Shown here: one piece after another, positions 56,973 to 64,000 of the stretch | Layout of the letters: every line of letters begins with the position of its first letter | Numbering within the stretch: the stretch's first letter is position 1 | Sequence record: OP292654.1 | Strand: one strand, 5' to 3' | DNA: 64,000 nt | Notes under the pieces: model-generated | What the model was told of the DNA's origin: nothing | Databases searched by the model: none | The model's input: only the letters and a program-made list of their open reading frames with translations | Program-made: the position numbers and the translations under genes

Positions 56973-57746
56973 ATGGCAACAATGATGGATAAGTATGGTG
57001 TTCCTCTACCTAGTGGTCGAAATAAAACAATGAGTCAGCCAAAAGTTAAACATAAATTTCGTGTAGTTGTTTATAATTTCGGAACTGATATTGATGAAAA
57101 AGACCATGTAGCTTTAGAAGTTAATGAGGTTGATCGTCCTAGTATTTCTTTCGAAACACACCAAATTAAACTTTTCGGTACTAATACCTCATATGTAGGT
57201 CGTTGGGATTGGAAACCTATCACTCTTACAATTCGTGACGCAGTTGATAATAAAGTAGCTAAGTCTATTATTCGTCAACTACAGAAACAACTAGATTTTC
57301 AACGTCGTATTTCTGCTAAATCAGAACAACCATATGCTGGATACAAATTCCGTATGATGATTGAAACTACTGGTGGTGCGAACCCTGAAGATTCAATCAA
57401 TAATCTTGCTCGTGATACAGCAGTTGACGCAGCTACAGCAATTACTAATAACGCAGGTTTAGTTAATGCTATTGATGATTTTGTTGGTGGTAAAGGATAT
57501 AATGCTATCAGTACTTTAGACCGTTGGGTTCTTTACGGATGCGTTATTACAGACCTTGAGTGGGATTCATTAGATTATGGTTCTTCTCAGTTTATTACTA
57601 TTAAGCTAACTATTAAACCAGATAACTGTGTACAATACGATATGATTGAAGAAATGTATTCTGATAAAATCAGTTCACTTCTTCCAGATGATGTTAACAG
57701 TACTTTGGATATTATTGACAGAATTTTTGGTGGAACACAAATTTAA
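56973..57746 (+). CDS. tail tube protein paralog 2
   Basis: Shares MDKYGVP..QPK.K..FRV and W.PI....RD with previous ORF; terminator 56899-56924 and TAAATA between. Confidence 0.75.
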   Translation: MATMMDKYGVPLPSGRNKTMSQPKVKHKFRVVVYNFGTDIDEKDHVALEVNEVDRPSISFETHQIKLFGTNTSYVGRWDWKPITLTIRDAVDNKVAKSIIRQLQKQLDFQRRISAKSEQPYAGYKFRMMIETTGGANPEDSINNLARDTAVDAATAITNNAGLVNAIDDFVGGKGYNAISTLDRWVLYGCVITDLEWDSLDYGSSQFITIKLTIKPDNCVQYDMIEEMYSDKISSLLPDDVNSTLDIIDRIFGGTQI

Positions 57747-57756
57747 GGAGTACTAA

Positions 57757-59312
<1,556 letters not shown>

Positions 59313-59313
59313 T

Positions 59314-59883
59314 ATGAAAGCTAAACGTGGTGTAGAAGAAGCATTAGGACTACCAAGTTCTGAAGAACTTAAAAAGCTGCTTGGCGATGACTATAATGAA
59401 GATGATTTTTACGATGATGAAGATGACGATGAAAGTACTGAACTTTTAGGTCGTCCAGAAATCGAAAATGCTCGTCGTTCAATGAGTCAACTTAAAGAAT
59501 ATCGTGAGCAACTAAAGGATATTCCAGATATTACAAATCGTAAATCTCATTTAGATAGATTAGCGAAAATGGCTGAAGATAAGTTTGAAGATATTTTCGA
59601 CCGTGCTTTTAATTGCGAAGATAGATTTGCTGCTGAAATGATTAATGCTGCGAACGCTATGCTAAAAATTGCTTTAGATGCTCATGCTAAAGTTATTGAC
59701 TCCGATATTAAGTTAATTGACATGCAGATCAAAAAAGATAAGATGGAAATTGAACTTAACCAAAAACCTAAGAATCCACAAGCACTAGTTGAAAATTCTG
59801 ATCCTAATGCTATTGAGGGTGAGAAGGTAGTAGCTGTAAAGTCTCGAAATGAGATGCTTGCTGCTATGAATAAGAATAAATAA
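59314..59883 (+). CDS. helical hypothetical protein (possible small terminase-like)
   Basis: Coiled-coil character and position in head/tail module only. Confidence 0.4.
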   Translation: MKAKRGVEEALGLPSSEELKKLLGDDYNEDDFYDDEDDDESTELLGRPEIENARRSMSQLKEYREQLKDIPDITNRKSHLDRLAKMAEDKFEDIFDRAFNCEDRFAAEMINAANAMLKIALDAHAKVIDSDIKLIDMQIKKDKMEIELNQKPKNPQALVENSDPNAIEGEKVVAVKSRNEMLAAMNKNK

Positions 59884-59910
59884 AATAAAATACTGTGACT
59901 CGGAGTTAAC

Positions 59911-60450
59911 ATGAATAAATTACAGAAAATTTTAACAGATCTTACTCCAGAATATTCATATCGTGTAAAATTTGCGTGTGAGCCAAGCTCCGAAGAATTG
60001 CATAAAGTTGTTACTCGACTTACTGACCGTTATGATGCTTTTGAAGTTGGTCCAATGAAGAAAACAATTTTCCAAGATCGCCCGACTGATTTTTATAATC
60101 TAGATTGTGGTGAAATTTGGATGTTTGATTTTAAATGTAAGCGTGGTGTACAACCTCAAATCTTACTATTCGAAATCGGAAATCTATTGAGTTGGTCAGA
60201 AGCACTAATTCATGTTCGTAATAATCTAGAACCATATCAGGAAGAAATTGCTGATTGTGAAGATGACATTGAGTTTGATGAATATGAACCACGTCTTTTA
60301 GATCCTGAATATAAAGAAGTTCCAGAAGTAAATGCTGAAGAACTAGGCGGTCAAGGTCGTGCTGATAAAGCGGTTAAAGATGCAATTGACAGTACTAAGA
60401 AAAAATCATACGCAGAATATATGTCTGCTGGCTTCGGTAAGAAGGGGTAA
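59911..60450 (+). CDS. hypothetical protein (structural module)
   Basis: ORF track. Confidence 0.7.
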   Translation: MNKLQKILTDLTPEYSYRVKFACEPSSEELHKVVTRLTDRYDAFEVGPMKKTIFQDRPTDFYNLDCGEIWMFDFKCKRGVQPQILLFEIGNLLSWSEALIHVRNNLEPYQEEIADCEDDIEFDEYEPRLLDPEYKEVPEVNAEELGGQGRADKAVKDAIDSTKKKSYAEYMSAGFGKKG

Positions 60451-60452
60451 TT

Positions 60453-61019
60453 ATGAGTCTTTTAGAAGAAATGTTTGATGGTCAACCAGAACCATTGAAT
60501 GAACGTCCTTATAGTCGTACACAATCAGCTATTGATTCGGCAAAAGGCAAAGTAAAAGGTATATTTGGTTCAGGACAAGTTGAGCAAGGTGCTCAAGAAA
60601 CTGGACAAATGGCAAACCAACTATGGAGTGACTTCAAACGTTATATTGGACGTAAGTACGGTTCACATCCACAAGCAGTACCATACGCAGATGTAGCAGC
60701 ATTTTTTAAAGGTAATAAACTCGATACCTCTTTCTTAGGTGATAATGAACGTCGTTCATTCGTTCCTAAAGATGTTGGTGCGGCATTAATGAAAGCAGTT
60801 CAGAAGCTAAATACTGACTACGGCAATGACGCTCCAGATCAACAAGGCGGTAATGACCAGCAACAAGGCCAGCCACAACAGGGTCAGCCTCAAGGTCAAG
60901 GACAAAATAATCCACAACCAAGCCAAGGACAAGGTGGAAATTCAGGATCAGGAATTAATGATCGTCTTTCTTCACTATCTCCGGCTGATCGAGCTAAGCT
61001 ACTAAGACTAATTTCTTAA
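60453..61019 (+). CDS. hypothetical protein with Gln/Gly-rich linker
   Basis: ORF track. Confidence 0.7.
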   Translation: MSLLEEMFDGQPEPLNERPYSRTQSAIDSAKGKVKGIFGSGQVEQGAQETGQMANQLWSDFKRYIGRKYGSHPQAVPYADVAAFFKGNKLDTSFLGDNERRSFVPKDVGAALMKAVQKLNTDYGNDAPDQQGGNDQQQGQPQQGQPQGQGQNNPQPSQGQGGNSGSGINDRLSSLSPADRAKLLRLIS

Positions 61020-61031
61020 TAGGAGAAGAAT

Positions 61032-62495
61032 ATGTTTAAATCTCTACAGAGTGGCAATTCGATTCCAAATAATTATGTGTATACATCCAATCGAGGTACT
61101 GAGTATATGTACCTCGAAGGTTCATGGGTTAATTGTGAAACCATGAAAATTGTAGAAAATGCTCATACATTCAAAATGAATCAATCAGCGATTCGTCAAA
61201 TCGCAGAACATAACAAAAAAAGTTCCTTGCAAATAGGCAAGAACTATGTTATAAACGAGTCTGAATACACCTATATTGGGCGTAATAACTTCTCGCTACA
61301 AGGGAACCTACTTTCTGAAAGTATGAATACTCGTATTCAACAATTAGTTGAAGCTGAGAATGCTCCAGAATTTAGTGATCTAAAATTTGGTGATAAAGAA
61401 AATGTATCCCTTCCTCCACCACATGGTTTTACTTTAGATGGTGGTGATTATAAATGGTCAGATAAAGGTTATTGGTGGGGTAAAGACCAAAATGCTAATG
61501 GTCAAACTTATACTGGTAAAGTACAATCAAAAGATCTTATTCGAGAATTGAATAAAGATGCTTATGATAAAATTCAACATTATAATAAAACTGATCCAAT
61601 TCCAGTAGGAACTACAGTAAATTATAAAGGAACACCAGTAACATGGAATGGTGATTATTTTTATTCAGAAAAAACTGGTAAATTACCTGACACTATTTGG
61701 CATAAGTTTGAAACATATTTTGAAGATAATTATAACCGAGATGGTACACCTAAATCTTCTGATGAAAATACACAAGATCAAAGTACTGACCAAACAACTG
61801 ATGATCAATCCCAAGACCAAAATTCTAATGATAATGATACTTCACAAGGTTCAAGTACTGATTCAGCAACTGAAGTACCAAATGGATATGTTTATAAATC
61901 CAAAAAAGGTAACAGTTACTATAAGAAAAATGGTCAATGGTTCAATTCAGCTACTAAGAAACCTATTAATAGTTCCTCAGTACCTATGCTAGAACGTTCA
62001 GCACAGGCTGAAATTTCTAAGTTTAATGCTTCTTCTCCAGTGAAAATTGGTCAAGAATTTAAATCCAAGAAAGGTATTACATATCGTTATGTTGGTGGAA
62101 ATCGTTTTATTTCTGATAATGGTAAACTATTACCTCCAGATGTAGCACAAAAAGTACTGGCAAATTTATCACAACAACAATCAAGTGATGAAAGTTCTCC
62201 AGAGGGTCAACCACAAGGTGAACCACAAGATCAATCTCAAGGTTCAAGTACTGATACCAGTACTCCTGAAGGTCAGCCAGAACAAGGTTCAAATAATGAT
62301 TCACAAGATGCTCCTGAAGGTGATGACCCATTACAGGCACTTGCTAACGATATTAAAGCAAGCCCACTTGCTCGTAAGATTGTAGTACTTCTAAGTCGTG
62401 GTGATGATTTATCACTACTAGCTGCTGATATTATGCTTTCTGGACAGCAAAAGGAAGCAACAGAGATTCTAAAATCATTAAATAATGAAGATTAA
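61032..62495 (+). CDS. protein with internally repeated beta-rich modules and acidic linkers
   Basis: PNNYVYTSNRG / PNGYVYKSKKG repeats. Confidence 0.7.
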   Translation: MFKSLQSGNSIPNNYVYTSNRGTEYMYLEGSWVNCETMKIVENAHTFKMNQSAIRQIAEHNKKSSLQIGKNYVINESEYTYIGRNNFSLQGNLLSESMNTRIQQLVEAENAPEFSDLKFGDKENVSLPPPHGFTLDGGDYKWSDKGYWWGKDQNANGQTYTGKVQSKDLIRELNKDAYDKIQHYNKTDPIPVGTTVNYKGTPVTWNGDYFYSEKTGKLPDTIWHKFETYFEDNYNRDGTPKSSDENTQDQSTDQTTDDQSQDQNSNDNDTSQGSSTDSATEVPNGYVYKSKKGNSYYKKNGQWFNSATKKPINSSSVPMLERSAQAEISKFNASSPVKIGQEFKSKKGITYRYVGGNRFISDNGKLLPPDVAQKVLANLSQQQSSDESSPEGQPQGEPQDQSQGSSTDTSTPEGQPEQGSNNDSQDAPEGDDPLQALANDIKASPLARKIVVLLSRGDDLSLLAADIMLSGQQKEATEILKSLNNED

Positions 62496-62516
62496 TTATA
62501 AAAGGAATTAGTTCTT

Positions 62517-63458
62517 ATGAAAAAACAAATTAATGAGGCATCAGTTCGTATAGATGTTCAAGGTTTAGAATCTAGCGATCTTGACACACTATCCCGTATG
62601 CTTGCTCTCGCAGGGCAAGCTGAACGTGGTTCCTCTCAATTAGGTGGAATGACTTCAATTCCTGCTATTGCTCCACTAGATTTAGATAGTATGGGCGGGG
62701 ATACTGAAACTCAACCTATTATGAGTCCTGATATGGCTCCTAGTGCTGATGATATGTCTGGTGCTGGTGACGATGCTCTAGGCTCAGCAGTCAGTGATTT
62801 AGCTGGCTCAGTGACAGATTTTGGTGATGATTCACTTGACGGCGGGGTTGCTGGTGGTGTAGACTCTATGGATGCTCCAGAAGAACCAAGCTTAGGATTA
62901 GATGAACCAGAAATGGATTCTACTGATATGGGTGATGATGATTTTGATATGGGTCGTATGTCTTCCCTCGCAGGTATTCGCGAAAGTGTTGATGACGATG
63001 AATCAGATGATATTGACGCAGAAAGCAGCGATGCCGCTGAAGAAGATGCTGATGAATCTGTTTCAGAAAGCCTCCTACCAGATTTATCTCTAGACGAAGA
63101 TTCAATTGCTACTGATTCTCAAAAAGAATTCGGTCCATTCCGTTCAGAACATGAATGTGTAATTGATGGTCAACGTCAAACTAATGGTTTCGAAGGTGAC
63201 AACTTTATCGTTGTTCCTAAAGGTAACGCATTCTACTGGCGTAGAACTATGCAAGAAGATGCTACCACTGAACCAAACCCTGAATTCTATGATGACGAAG
63301 GTATTCAACATTCTCGACATGCGTATAAAGGTAAACAACCTGGAACTGCATTAGGTGACAATCCACTTGTACATGAAAGTGAAGAAGATGATGAATCCGT
63401 TGAGGACATTTTCGAATCAATTAATAACAAGTATAAGAAATTTATGGATGGTCTATAA
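62517..63458 (+). CDS. highly acidic protein (possible prohead core/scaffold)
   Basis: D/E-rich low complexity; repeated ..SRM..LAG motif. Confidence 0.6.
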   Translation: MKKQINEASVRIDVQGLESSDLDTLSRMLALAGQAERGSSQLGGMTSIPAIAPLDLDSMGGDTETQPIMSPDMAPSADDMSGAGDDALGSAVSDLAGSVTDFGDDSLDGGVAGGVDSMDAPEEPSLGLDEPEMDSTDMGDDDFDMGRMSSLAGIRESVDDDESDDIDAESSDAAEEDADESVSESLLPDLSLDEDSIATDSQKEFGPFRSEHECVIDGQRQTNGFEGDNFIVVPKGNAFYWRRTMQEDATTEPNPEFYDDEGIQHSRHAYKGKQPGTALGDNPLVHESEEDDESVEDIFESINNKYKKFMDGL

Positions 63459-63865
63459 TGAGTAGCATGAAAAATTTAATGGAATCTATTGATGACATTT
63501 ATGAAGCAGACGAAGATTCGTTTGAACAAGAATCTGAGCTTTCTGCTCCAGAACTATTAAAAGAAATCGTAGGTTCCCTACGTGATCTATCAACTAAAGT
63601 TGCTGATGGATCAATCGAAGATTTATCATCCCTAACTTCTGATTTACAAACTATCTCCGATTCACTAAAAGAACTAACTGGTTCTGATGAAAGTTCAGAA
63701 GATGAATATTCTGATGAATTTGAATCTAATGACGGTGAAGATGAACTTGAAGAAGATTATGGTGCTGAAGGTATGGGACCATCTTTCGATGCTAATGGCA
63801 CTCAGAATTATGAGAATCCACAAGGTTCTTCATATCCTGAGAAGAAAGGTTTTGTGGGAATCTAA
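63458..63865 (+). CDS. highly acidic hypothetical protein
   Basis: ORF track. Confidence 0.65.
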   Translation: MSSMKNLMESIDDIYEADEDSFEQESELSAPELLKEIVGSLRDLSTKVADGSIEDLSSLTSDLQTISDSLKELTGSDESSEDEYSDEFESNDGEDELEEDYGAEGMGPSFDANGTQNYENPQGSSYPEKKGFVGI

Positions 63866-64000
63866 TCATGGTCCCAAGAACCAACAGTACTGAAATTCAA
63901 TATGGTGTATTAAATGCTATTAAGAAAGTTTATGAATTTGATTCTGAACTCAATGATAGAATGATACTGTTATCCATTTTTGATAATTACAGAACTGGTG

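Noticed and set aside
63868-63984. 38-aa ORF at the window end
   Set aside because: No clear SD and context truncated by the window edge

Overview
A 64 kb, AT-rich segment of a lytic jumbo myophage genome; essentially all real genes are on the + strand. Gene content and order resemble the RaK2/GAP32/CBB/121Q-type enterobacterial jumbo phages (inferred, no database search run): ~884-aa tail sheath, paired tail-tube genes, T4-like neck and head-completion genes, anaerobic nrdD/nrdG, tdk, dNMP kinase. The window carries a large tRNA/RNA-repair and translation toolkit (TyrRS, Thg1, CCA enzyme, Rnl2-like ligase, TROVE/vWA protein, 2H phosphoesterase, two RlaP-like nucleotidyltransferases, YqeY, HPF, PTH2-like). 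It also has two DNA methyltransferases (one next to a PD-(D/E)xK nuclease), lysis genes, several tandem paralog arrays, sigma70-like early promoters and T4-like TAAATA late promoters. Signals the ORF list does not explain: (1) roughly ten-fold, frame-independent enrichment of the palindrome AGTACT, in a genome encoding an SPPY-type (likely m4C) methyltransferase; (2) a promoter- and terminator-bounded ~475-nt structured non-coding region at 32647-33121; (3) a two-state RNA switch over the endolysin ribosome-binding site; (4) repeated late-promoter/anti-SD hairpin couplings. No tRNA, rRNA, CRISPR array or mobile element was recognised.
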